A stretch of DNA of 42,350 nucleotides from the NCBI GenBank assembly GCA_002633005.1, contig NMRA01001077.1, positions 16,914 to 59,263 on the forward strand, given 5' to 3'. This DNA comes from Phoronis australis (Eukaryota > Animalia > Phoronida). The notes beneath the pieces were generated by a model. The model was not told the DNA's origin. It saw nothing but the letters and a program-made list of their open reading frames with translations, and did no database searches. Below, in pieces: positions 1 through 11,100 of this stretch. The position numbers were made by a program, and so were the translations under genes. Every line of letters begins with the position of its first letter. The first letter of the stretch is position 1.

Positions 1-717
1 TGATGATGTAATTTGTTTACTACAGAATAGTATGGAACTTTCTAGAAGACTGAGGTCAGAACAGTGATGATGTAATTTGTTTACTACAGTATAGTGTGGA
101 ACTTTCTAGAAGACTGTAGCATGACAGTGATTGATGAAGTCTGGAATATTCTAGAGACTAGTACATGTTTGTAGAATGATTGGGTAGGTTCCAGAAAGTT
201 CTGGTATGTGCTTGAATTGATGAAAAGTTCCAGAAAAATGCATTAGGCTATAAATAAACAAGCACAGGTTTGTGTTAGTCACTTGAGTCCAAGAAGATCA
301 AGTCACTTGAGTCCAAGAAGATCAAGTCAGTTGAGTCCAAGAAGATCAAGTTGGGAGATCAAGTAAGTTCAAGAAATTTAATCAGGAGAACTACAGTTGA
401 GTTGCAGTGAAGAGAATCAGCAGTTACAGCGATAGTCAATAGAGAGCCAGCTATAGAGACAGCAGGTTATTGAATTAACGAGTGTAACAGTTGCTGAACG
501 TGTCTCAGAAGTTCATCACAAGTCAAGGCTTCGCAGCACTGGCTGGAGCATAAACAGACATTACATCGGACGTTTTGTTTGAGTAGGCTTGTGAACGTAC
601 GGTCGGGATTAATAAAGGATTAACTCGAACCAGTCTTCAGTCAATCTTCGCACCGAAAGCTATTAGAACCGGTCTGTAACAACCTGCGCCCACCCACACA
701 CGGGGAAAAACGTGACA
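1..717 (+). mobile_element. Solo-LTR-like repeat, left end at or beyond the window edge
   Basis: TATAAATA at 249, AATAAA at 611, ends ...CGTGACA at 717. Homologous pieces at about 2869-3080, 4870-5112 and 35350-35462. A ~50-nt segment is duplicated with a 64-bp period at 1-117. Confidence 0.5.
277..348 (+). repeat. 24-bp tandem repeat x3 (AGTCACTTGAGTCCAAGAAGATCA)
   Basis: Read directly; one substitution in the third copy. Confidence 0.95.
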
Positions 718-1439
718 GAAGGTGGCTCACTATTTGTGACTTTGAAAGATATAACACTTAATTTCTTTTTGATGTGAAGGGTAGAAAAACAAAAACAACT
801 AGTTGCCAAAACTGCAAGAACAATTAAACGTTATCAATGCAACAGACATTACAAAAATTGATAAATGTGAGAACATGTAGCTTGTAAATACTCTGAGTCA
901 AAATGTCATTGTTACCTTATTCTTATACATGGAGATTATCAATGGCTATTCAATGGATGATGTCAATGACCATTCACTAAGTGCAGTCACTCGGTAGGTC
1001 ATTTGTTATTTTTTGAACGTGGTGGAATTAAAAAAGATTGAAAATCTGCCCGCATCGCTTTGTCAACATTTGCCATATTTGAGAAGTTAACGGGATAAAA
1101 ATTCCTTCTCTGTGTAACATTGACAAAAATTTCATTGCCGATATCATAAGATATATTTCGGCACTATTAAAAAGGCTATAAGTTCTGTTCGGACATTTTA
1201 CATGCAAACTTCCCTCTAGACCTTTGATTGTATATGGTATGAAAACTGTGCCATTTCTCACAACTTTTTTGGTAAGTTACACTGTCTTTAATAACAGAAG
1301 TTATCAACAAAAAGGAAAAAACCCTTTTCACTATGTTGCTACCATGGTCACATTTTTTTCTCACATTCTCTAAAATTCCCTGAACACAATTCATAACATT
1401 TGAAAAAAGTAACGACGATACTCATGACAGCGACATCCC

Positions 1440-1950
1440 GTTGCTTCCAACTAGCCCAAGAACAAGTTGAGAAGTTTACCCTGTAGCCAATATCTTACAA
1501 GACTGATTAACTCCATTCTGGCATTTCTGATTGGACGGCCTGCGCTCTTTCGCTCGATAATTGCTCTAATCTCCGATCAGATCGTATCTAGCCTGACTGG
1601 GCTGGGCTGATAAAAATGAAAGTTAAGTTATAACATATTATAGCATTTTTGAATTCCTCGTCAAATGCTGATTATGTTCCGTTTTTAAAACACCAAAAGC
1701 GTCCAACTACAACAGAATTTAAGACAATCTATTCTGTCCAAACGGATTACCAACGCGCTGGGTTTGACCGTGTTGTGAATACGCCTTCGGTAATAGCCTG
1801 CAACCACCATACATTTCCTTTGAAGATAATTGGCCTGCTTGTTATCATGTGGGACAAAAGACTGTGCTGGGCAGTTAACAAAAGAGCCAGATGTCATCGC
1901 ACGATCAGCACCAATCACGTCTGGAAAAGTTATTGATCGACAGAACGCTG
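1440..1950 (+). repeat. Unclassified interspersed repeat, copy A
   Basis: Colinear with 32085-32580, e.g. shared CGATAATTGC..TATCTAGC.TGACTGGGCTG and GAATTCCTCGTCAAATGCTGAT. Confidence 0.8.
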
Positions 1951-1970
1951 TAATGTGACATGAAATTTAC

Positions 1971-2194
1971 CTGTATTGAATATACCGTGAAAGGTTCCAG
2001 GTGGTGGAATGCAGTGTTGTTCGACGTGCTGGGCAGGTCTGATTGTGTCACGTTTATAGATGGTTGCCCTTCAGTCCATACGTTCACTCTATAGCCAGTG
2101 ATAATGCCATTGGGGTTCAAAGGTTGCGACCAAGTGACCAGTAGACTTGTGTCATTGATACTGATAGTGCCAACATGAGCAGGCATTGATGGAA
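1971..2194 (-). CDS. Exon 13 (in-window numbering): FN3 repeat, N-terminal part
   Basis: TTACAG|TTCCA acceptor, CAG|GTAAAT donor, 224 nt, phase 1-0. VPSMP..SLLVTWSQPLNPNGIITGYRV..LEPFTVYSIQ. Confidence 0.92.
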
Positions 2195-5100
2195 CTGTAA
2201 TGTAAGACACAAAGTTAGGTTAAAGTGCTTCGACCAATCTTTTGTAGTCTCCTAATAAAACTAAAATTGCCACTATGTTTGAAAGAAAAGAATGTTGATT
2301 GGAAAAGAAATCAGGACGATATGATAGCTATTGTAGTTTGCAAGAAAAAATTGTAAAAACGACAAAAATGTGTCAATGAGAATGCTTTTTCACAGTGAAG
2401 GAAGAACATTGATCTGCACCATACATTGCTAAATTTAATTTTTGTTCAACTTTTTTGACTGATAAGAGGAATACCAAGAACCAAGTAAGCAAAAACTAAC
2501 ACTGCCATCAGGGGACACAGTAGTCAAATTAAGGAAGAGTTCTTCAGGGTTGTAGTCAGATACAACCCAAACACAGGACGTCCGCAGAGTGGTGGAGATG
2601 GCAATAAACATTTTACAGCACAAAATTAACCAGACAAAGACCATTTTCCTATCACAACAGGAAACAGCACGTAACAACTTGTCAAGATGAGTCACTCTCA
2701 CTACTTTGATGGGGGAATTCAACTTATGCTCAGCCATAATGACAAAGAATTACGGGTCACTTTGCATGTCAGCTCGGAGCAAACTGACGATGGTTTTAGA
2801 TGGTTAAGTTTTATTTGTCCTGTTTACACGCAATTAGCATTTGTTTAGGAATATCAAGTCATTTTCTATGTAACTGTTTAAATCAGAACATTTGAGAAAA
2901 TTCTAGAAGGTTCCATCATATTACTAACTGACAAAGAACCATGGTTTCAAACAATCTAGAACGCTTGGACACATTTTGTACAATGACTGCATAGGTTCCA
3001 CAAAGTTACAAAACACAGAAAAGTTTCAGGGCATTAACATAAAAGACTAAATACTTACAAGGCATAAGTTAGTGGTTGTCAGTTACCACGCCAATACTAA
3101 TCGCCACATGTGGTGAACATATCCACTACCACAAGAAACTGTAGGAACACTGCATTTATCCACCTTCACTCTTATCAGGCTTCTATTGTGAGTCAGCATG
3201 CATGAATAATTGGCTGATAAGCCACCTATGGAACTACTTTTGGCTGAATGGGTGACCAGGCCATAAAATGATAATTAGCCAAGATGATTACTAATGCAAC
3301 AAAGAATAATGCCATAGCATCACCTAGCCTTGGTGGAAAGCTGTATTTCTATTGGCTCTAATAAACGCCTAGAAAAATTCATTTCACAGGGAGGGGACGC
3401 TCATTGTAGCCTACGGCAGTTGAAACCCGGTTTCCCAAACGGGAAAAATTGGAAGCTAGGATTCATCAAATTTCCGCTCTGTGACGTATCTGTAGCCTAT
3501 GACAGTCTTTCTACAAAATTGTGGTGCATTGCTATCAAACTCCGTTGTTAAATTACGATCATTTTTCAAAAAATTGTGCTGAAATCCTAGGGCAAAAACT
3601 TGCCGACTGATATGTCGCTGAATCGCGATCGTCAATAGGAAAACTTGGAATTCTTGAATAAAAATATAGTTTTGACTCAACAAATTACCTGAAATATTCC
3701 TTATGTTTTACAACTTTTAAAGTTCATGTGGAGTCCACATTAAATGCAATTAAGTCCAAATCTGCGCTACATCGTACCCCACAACACGAGAAAAATCTCT
3801 GGATGAACACACATGTTGTTGTCACGCGACGTTTGTTTTGAAGTTCGTCTGCGTATGAGAGTGAGTGCGTGTGCGGGTCATCGACGACAGACTTTTTTGT
3901 TACAAAAGGCGGAGGATTATGCAAGAAAATGGCGTTGACTAGATTGTTTTTCACTTAAACGGCTGCAACATGCAAGGTCAGAGTGCCGGTTAACTCACAG
4001 ATTTTGTGTGCACAGGCCGACAGTCGTTAGCTCTACCGTGGAGTGAAACATTAATATTCCAAGGCTCGATCTACATGTTGGGGACGAGGTGACGAGGTGA
4101 ACTACCCGGGCTGTGTGAAATTTCTGGGTCTAACAGAGACACTGACGAAGTGGTCAGCCAGCCCGCTGTATCAAGACTATAGTCAAAATCCAAATTCGTT
4201 TTATCGTGTCCCTGACATGCTAAAGTTTCTTAATGTTCGTACTTCAGGAACATAAGGATCCCGTGTTTTGTATTCATACGCGTACGCCGCAGATCACATC
4301 TCGGAAATTTCCGATTTGACGGATGACAATGAATGAGCACAATGAAATTAAACAACGTCGTTTTACAGCTTGTAAGATTCATAATAAACGTATTTTGAAT
4401 ATTGCAATGCATGTGTTCCAAAATCTAATAAATAACTTGGGTCCTATATTTTTGTATTCGTGCGCGCCGAATGAAAGTAATCGTGAGTGTTGCTGTGTTG
4501 CAAAATCTTATCCTGGGCCAATTTGAAAAAGTCAAAGTTGTACTCATATTTGTTTTCGCTCCTCTTTTCAAATACAACAGTAAAAACTACCTAAAACTCT
4601 CTCCATAAAAAGTACAGTCTTCTACGCTAGATTGTAATCAGCTGATCATATCCACATGAGCGAAGCCAATTATCCTCGCTCGTGACTCGATGAATAGAGC
4701 AGCTTGGCAGCATCCCGTTGATCGTGAGCCGAGCGCGACTCAGCCAAGGTGGATAAATACGGTCTAGTTCAATCTGCCAAACTCCACCGTTTACCCTTAT
4801 AGGCGGGGTTTGGGCCAATCTTATTTAGTGGGAATGTTTATAGCATGCAGATATTGAATGCACCAACGAGTCGGACATTTGTTGACTCAAGAGTTCATCA
4901 CAAGTCGAGGTTTTGAAGCAATTAGTAGTAGCATGAGAGATGAGCAGATATTACCAGTCGAGATCAATAAAGTGATTTAACTCAAACCAGTCTTTAGTCC
5001 ATCATCACACCAATAGCTATTACCAATAGTCAGTGATGAGATGTGCACACCAATAGCTATTACCAATAGTCAGTGATGAGATGTGCACACCAATCCTTGG

Positions 5101-8100
5101 CAAAATGTGACAGTCTGCTTATTTTTAGTGTGTATCGTACCATGTGTATGTACGAAAGTGCACAAAAAAATTTCGTGACATACCACGTCAAAACTTACCT
5201 GCTTGGTCAGTTGTGATGGTACTGGCATCCCCATAACTGGAACAGCCAATGACATTGCACACTTTAACAACTACTGAATAGTGTGTGTATGGTCGCCGTC
5301 CAATCACATTCATGTTAGTTGTGTCACTGCTGTAAATGGCCGATTCACTCCTTCTTACATCAGTTACCATGACTGTGTAATTGGTGAACTCTCCATTCAT
5401 ATCTTTACACAAGACTGCGTTCCATGACACTGTGAATTGCATGGCTTTGACATCACTTATAGTTGGTGATGTAATTCTGTGATCTGGAACTGGAAGATAT
5501 GTTACTATCATTAAATAACAAGGACAAGAAAACAAGAAACTAAGAAACCAACCACAACAAGAATAATAACAAGAATAAGAATAAGAATAAAAATAAAATG
5601 TAACGACGATAATAATAATACTTATAATAATAACAAAAACAATAATAATAATAAGAAGAAGAAGAACAACAAGAATAATTATAACAATAATTATAATAAG
5701 AATAATAATCAGAATAATAACAATTAGAAGAACAACAAGAATAAGAATATCAATAAGAAGAAAAAGCATAAGAATAATAAGAATAAGAATAGGGATGAGA
5801 ATGATTGACCGTTGGAGTACGTGCTCATAAATTTAAGATAATTTTGTTTTAAATACCCTTGTTCAATTAACGCTCACCCTCTGATTTTTGTGCTCCCAGG
5901 TTAAACGCTTTGGGTGGCAAATAGCATACTGAGAACAATGTTTCTCTGTTTGAAGTCAACTTAAGTCATACATTTATGCAGGATGATTTCTCAATAACAT
6001 TACAAAGTGAACTGACATTGTTTTACTTCACTGTTCCTCAACTCAACATCATTCACTTCTCATACAAACCTGTTGCTGACGTATGTCTCTGTATCAGCTG
6101 GTAGCTCCCTCCACCTTTAATTGTGAAAGCTCTGACTCTTATACTATAGTCAGCGTTCGACTCAAGTGATCCAAGAACCTTCTGAAATGTTCCCGCATTT
6201 GGTGTTTCACTAATATCATAACTGTCCTCGACTACGATGGTTGGGCAGGACAGTCTTTTCACCAACTTATGTTCAACTTGATATTTTGTGATGACACCAT
6301 TTGGAATATCTGGGAGGCTCCAGGATACTGTAATTGAGTTGGCACTCTGTAAAATAACTTCCAGATTTCCAACAGGGCCAGGTACTGAAATTATAAATTC
6401 ACACAATACAGTGTTCTTCAACAGGGCATGTACTTAAAGTGTGTATCAATTCATATATACAGTGTTCCTTGACAGGGGGTTGTGCATAAATTTTGTTTCA
6501 TATCATATCTACAGTGTTCCTTGACAGGGCCTTGTGTTCCTCGACAGGTCCTGGTACTCAAATTATGAATTAATTCATATACACAGGGTTCCTCATCAGA
6601 ACACATTACTGAAACTTTTAGTGTGAGATGCACATAAAATGATTTACGATAATTTCAAGATTATAACATATCTTAAAGCGAATGTGCACCAGGCAAAGCA
6701 TTCAAAATTTCATGTCTATATAGCCCTGCCCTGGTACTTACTATATCTGACATTTCAAACTCTGATCTCGTGTGAGTCACTTAATCATTATGAAAATGAC
6801 CAAGAGGAACATGGAGCTTTGAAATGCACCCACGACTGCACCGCAAACGATGTGCTCCTAGAAGAGTTTTTAGTCATAAAACTGGCCATTAGAGGGCACA
6901 GAATACAGTGAACCCATCTGAAAATGGGAAGCTGTCGTCGTTTCTCAAAGCTATTTGCCAAATTTCAGAAAATCCATCTCAAAATTTCAAAGATACAAAG
7001 GTAAACGTAAAAAAAAACAAATTCCATTAAGAACCAAAGTAGGAATACAATTGCAAGGGGCTGAGTTGATACAGCAGTACAAACAAAATAAAATATCACT
7101 CATTGAACAGAGCCGCCAGCGTGGTCAAGATAAGACAGCCACACTAAACCTTACAATGAGTAGCAGAAACTTAGACATTAAGCATCTGAAACAAAAAAAA
7201 ACATTTTAAAATAATATTTTGAAAAACAACTAATTTTCTGCTCTCTAACTCAGATCTGGACAGCCTTTCCATGGGCGCAGTTGTAGGGCCTACTCAAGCC
7301 ACAGAATTGTAACCTCTGTTTCACATGACAGCATGCATGTGCAGTTCTAGTCAGTAATTAACACACAATCCATAAGGAGCGCAGCATGGTCACAGAATAA
7401 TTAATACACAATCCATACAGAGCGCAGCATCGTCACAGAATAATTAATACACAATCCATACAGAGTGCAGCATGGTCACAGAATAAATAGTAAACAACCC
7501 ATACATAGCGCAGCATGGTCACAGAATAATTAATACACAATCCATACAGAGCGCAGCATGCCGTCACAGATCATACACACAGTTTATTGAGACATGAAAG
7601 CCAGAGGCCGATTTGATGCACAGTTAGCTCCTGTTGAGGTTTGAACAGCAATTGGCCGCGTGCAGCCTCATTCACTAGTCTGCAGGGGTACTAGTCCAGG
7701 CCCTTAACCCTAAAACATTTACACGTCGGATTAAAGCACCAAATTTGGCACACTAGTACTTTTTGACATGCTGAATCTCATGGGGGTCAATTGCCCAAAT
7801 TTTGAGGTCAAGGTCAAGGTCAAATCTCAAAAAACAAAATGGCCACTCAGTAACACAATCTATGGTTGCTTGAGGGATGATCACACATTTTAAGGCTAAG
7901 TAACAGTACTTTATTAACTACAAATCTATCATAATGACATCGCCATATCTTTTTCTCATAATATTAAGACTCCTCATTTGCATAATTCCAATATGGCCAC
8001 CAAACTTTAACCAACCAACTGCAATTTTAACAAATTCATTTATTTTGATCTGATGCAATTGGCCGCGTGCAGCCTCATTCACTAGTCTGCAGGGGTACAG

Positions 8101-11100
8101 GCTAGTATTATTTGTAAGTGTTTATAGCTTGTACAGTTTACATATACACTGCCAGGTGTCCTTGCAGTTCAGTTCTCTACATGCTCAGTCTCGATGCAAG
8201 AGTGTTCAGCTTTGCGTCTCTTTACAGAACTCATTAACATGTTGGCAGCAGTAGGATCGACTCAGGGAACTCAGTGAAATGCCGATCAAAGACAAGTACT
8301 GCTGAACTTTGTGAATTTGACTTGTTAATCGGTGACCTTGCGTACCATGGTATCGAAAATGGCGGAGAGCAGTTTAAGGTTACCACCACCGATCTGTCTG
8401 ACAAGTGCAAACTTAGCGGACGATTTCAAAAAGTGGAAACAACAGTTACAAGCTACAATTGTGCTCCATTGCGCCAGACCTGAGGTCATTGAAATGGCCA
8501 AACATTTCAAATACCCGGTAGATGCTCACAAAGAAGACCCAGTGAAGGTACTAGAACAATTGGAAGTTTAGTGTGCTCCTAAACAAAACAATGTCAAGCA
8601 AATATTTTGCTTTTAGCAAATCAAATATCAGGAGCCATTTGACAAATTTCTGAGTGAAATCCGCTCACGGGCAGAATGGTGCGATTTCAGAGATAGTAGC
8701 GACAGAATGATTAGAGACAAAATTGTTCTATCTGCACCGACCATGTTACAAGAAAGATTGCTCAGAGAAAACAATTTAACCTTGGTCCAATGTATCGACA
8801 CATGTCGCGCTTTTGAGACATCCATTCAAGGTGTGAGAGAGATCAGAGCAAAAACAGATCAAATTCAGAAAATCATCACTTCTACACGTAAACCTCTGCC
8901 ACGCACTGCTAAAACTAATGGTAGTAGTAATGATCGAATGATGTACTGTAAATTTTGCAGAAAAAACAACAAACCTGGAAAAAAGTTTTGTCCTGCATCA
9001 GGAGCAAAGTTTGGTCAAACTGCAAGAAAATTAATCATTTCAAAGCGAAAACAGTCTTCTGTGCCGTTTTGTCACTGTTAAAAACAAAGTCTCTGAAATT
9101 ACTCTGTTAGCATACTATGACAGCAGTCATAACGGTTTAGGCGCTGTGATCATGCAACATGATTACGGCGCGGAACACTATCTTCTGGCTTGGTATGCCC
9201 CGTGAGATCAAACAGCTCGTGGATGAATGCGAAACGTGCCAGATCATGAAAGCCTCAAACCCAAAGGAGACATCGAGACAATCATACAATGGAAATTGTG
9301 TATTGTGGGAAACCATCGGTCGACTTATTCGAGATCTCCGGTCGACACTATCTTGTTGTTGTCGACCATGCATCAAACTTCATTGAAGTCAATCTGCATA
9401 CATACTTGACATCTAAGTTTGTCATAAACTGTCTGAAGAAACATTTCCCACAATACGGTGTACCAACACGCATTGCGTCCGACCGCAGTACACAGTTCAC
9501 GGGTGATGAAATTCGTCTATTTGCTACGACCAGGGGAATGCACCATGGACATCAACGGAAGGCGGACTCTGGAGTTAAAATCATTAAGACGACATAAGAA
9601 ATGTGTCCAAGATGGTTCCGACCAATACCTTACATTATTGGAACTGCGTAACACAACGTGGCAAGAAACCAACCAAAGTCCGGCAAAAATGATATCGGTC
9701 GACAAACCATGTCGCATATTCCATCATTGGCAGTTATGCATGGTGATGGCAAATCCAATGTCAATGTGGGAAAGCAATGAAAATACGACGACCGTATTAA
9801 GTGTTCACAATATGATAGGCATGCTAAGGATTCAACTGTTCTTGATGAAGGTCAACCAGTGTGTTTTCAGCATACCAACAGAAAATATTGGGACAGCAGA
9901 GTAGTTGCCAAACAACTGAAGGATCACTCGTACCGTATTCGTAGTCACCTCTGAGCTGATTATGTCCGAAACCATCATCATATCCGATTGGACATAGAGC
10001 AATCCCCTAGAGCATTTCGAGGAACTGATCGCTCTAGGTATCCCGGAAACCGATGCGTGTGAAAATTCGACTACTACAGATGATACCAGTACTCACACTC
10101 GACCCTCTGGACAACATGAACCAGTTCGTTTCAAGGATTATGTTTAGATGTTTACCTTAATTTGTTGCAAGATTTTCTCGTTTCATGGACTGAATGAAAA
10201 CTGACATTACATGAGTTTTCTTCTTTTTAGAAAAGGGGATGTTTATAGCTAGTATAGTTTACATATACACTGCCAGGTGTCCTTGCACTTCAGTTCTCTG
10301 TATGCTAAGTGTCGATGTAAAAGTGTTTAGCTTTGTGTTCATAATTAAACTAGTTAGCAAATGATCGGTGTCTCTTTACACAACTCGTTAACAGTCAGCC
10401 AGGAGTGTGGATTCTGCAGGAGGAAGTTACATCTGAGAGTGTGAGAGATCCATCTAGTATCAACTGGAGGACATCAAGTCAAAGTAGCATGGACGCAAAA
10501 TGACCTGATCTTGAAATAAAATGTTATTTCAGTTCTAGCACAAGTAAGAAATTTTGCCACTCAACGAGTTTTTAGTTCAAAGTGTGCGAACTTGACTATT
10601 TGAGACGAATACGGACTTAAATGAACAAGCAATGTGATGTAGACGATTGCCAAGGTGTAAGCGACCAATCAAACAGACTCCAAGTGTAATGGGATGGCCT
10701 ACCTATTTCAATATATTCCAAAATATGGCTTGCCCATGAAATTGATTGATCAAGCTGTTAGTATAGAACATTATCACATGGAAATGGATGAACTTTGTAA
10801 TACACAAGCTCCATTAGATGACTTGTACATCCACAACTCTCAATGAGAATGAAATTGAGTTCCAAGCAGACTGTTATATATTTAAACTGACATTCCTCCA
10901 CATTTTGGTTGAAGGAAAGTGACTGGGTTTGAACAGTTATGAAACAGTTGTGTGTCAGCGAAATTGCTTGAATTGATATTCCGTGCACTCCACGGAGACC
11001 ATGTACTTCAACTAGAGTGAACTGTAGATTACAAATTAAATATTAATCCAATCAACAATGCATAATTACGCAATCAGTGCAAAAATTTCCCTCTCAGCAA

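Larger units (their letters stand above)
8119..10393 (+). mobile_element. Internally deleted Ty3/Gypsy LTR retrotransposon (Mag-like)
   Basis: Paired TGTT...AACA LTRs. PBS TGTTGGCAGCAGTAGGAT at 8240 (15/18 to the tRNA-Leu PBS TGGTGGCAGCGGTGGGAT). PPT AGAAAAGGGGA before 10240. 5-bp TSD GTAAG/GTCAG. Gag, RNase H and integrase remnants are in Gypsy order. Confidence 0.92.

Noticed and set aside
720-1440. Possible MITE with AAATTCCCTGA-type motifs
   Set aside because: No matching TIR pair, TSD or second copy found in the window.
5490-5769. Very hydrophobic N-terminus of the 193-aa ORF, suggesting a signal or TM segment
   Set aside because: It is the translation of an (ATT/CTT)n microsatellite inside the intron; a good acceptor precedes 5489.
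7353-7570. Regular repeats as a possible CRISPR array
   Set aside because: Units are contiguous with no unique spacers, the context is a eukaryotic intron, and there are no cas genes. The same applies to 277-348 and 25506-25809.
10700-11050. Minus-strand ORF as an additional exon
   Set aside because: No FN3 or other motif and no convincing splice pair; exons 10 and 11 already join in frame.
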